Shown here one piece after another: positions 63,741-64,000 of a stretch of 64,000 nt of DNA. The translations under genes and the position numbers were made by a program. Position 1 is the stretch's first letter, and each line of letters starts with the position of its first letter. The stretch is taken from positions 19,778,001 through 19,842,000 of the forward strand of contig OX597833.1 in NCBI GenBank assembly GCA_951406725.2, read 5' to 3'. The DNA comes from Octopus vulgaris (lineage: Eukaryota). Under the pieces are notes generated by a model. It saw only the letters and a program-made list of their open reading frames with translations. It made no database searches and was not told the DNA's origin.

Positions 63741-64000
63741 ATGAGCCATTAAAAGTGGTCATCCTTTTTGCTAGAAGATCAGCTATGGTCTTATATGCTA
63801 CACCACTGGTTTTCAATTCATATTAATCAACTTAATATTCAATTTTTCACCCTTATTATGTGTGTGTGTGTGTATTAGCAATTCATATAAAATTGCATCA
63901 ATGACTTGAACTTGAATAAGTGGTTTCACATAAATGGGGATAAATTAAAAAGGTTTGTTGTTATTATTATTACTGTTTGACTATTGTAATCACGTTTGTT

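Overview
Repeat-dense, AT-rich animal genomic DNA. The SINE/LINE repertoire and microsatellite load suggest an octopus or other coleoid cephalopod (inference). It holds the 3' ends of two convergent spliced genes that the ORF track largely misses. The first is the last three coding exons of dynamin-related protein 1 (DNM1L/Drp1, GED domain; + strand, 645-14094). The second is eight phase-compatible exons of a leucine-rich-repeat plus EF-hand gene resembling LRRC74A/B (- strand, 61942-35619; 5' part outside the window). The rest is transposon-derived. It includes a near-intact RTE LINE (one 1-nt frameshift, PHD-type zinc finger inside the RT), many 5'-truncated RTE tails, a (TAA)n-targeted Dong/R4-type LINE, and mariner/Tc1, piggyBac, hAT, Merlin-like and Helitron derivatives. 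At least four tRNA-derived SINE families are present. Most interesting is a set of (TA)n-embedded, Penelope-like terminal fragments carrying hammerhead ribozyme motifs. These include a candidate non-circularly permuted hammerhead at 1016-1080 (-), a U3-A8 core variant, and long spacerless foldbacks. All ribozyme calls are manual base-pairing readings, not computed or tested. Repeat boundaries are approximate unless TIRs/TSDs are quoted. There is a 100-N gap at 5411-5510.
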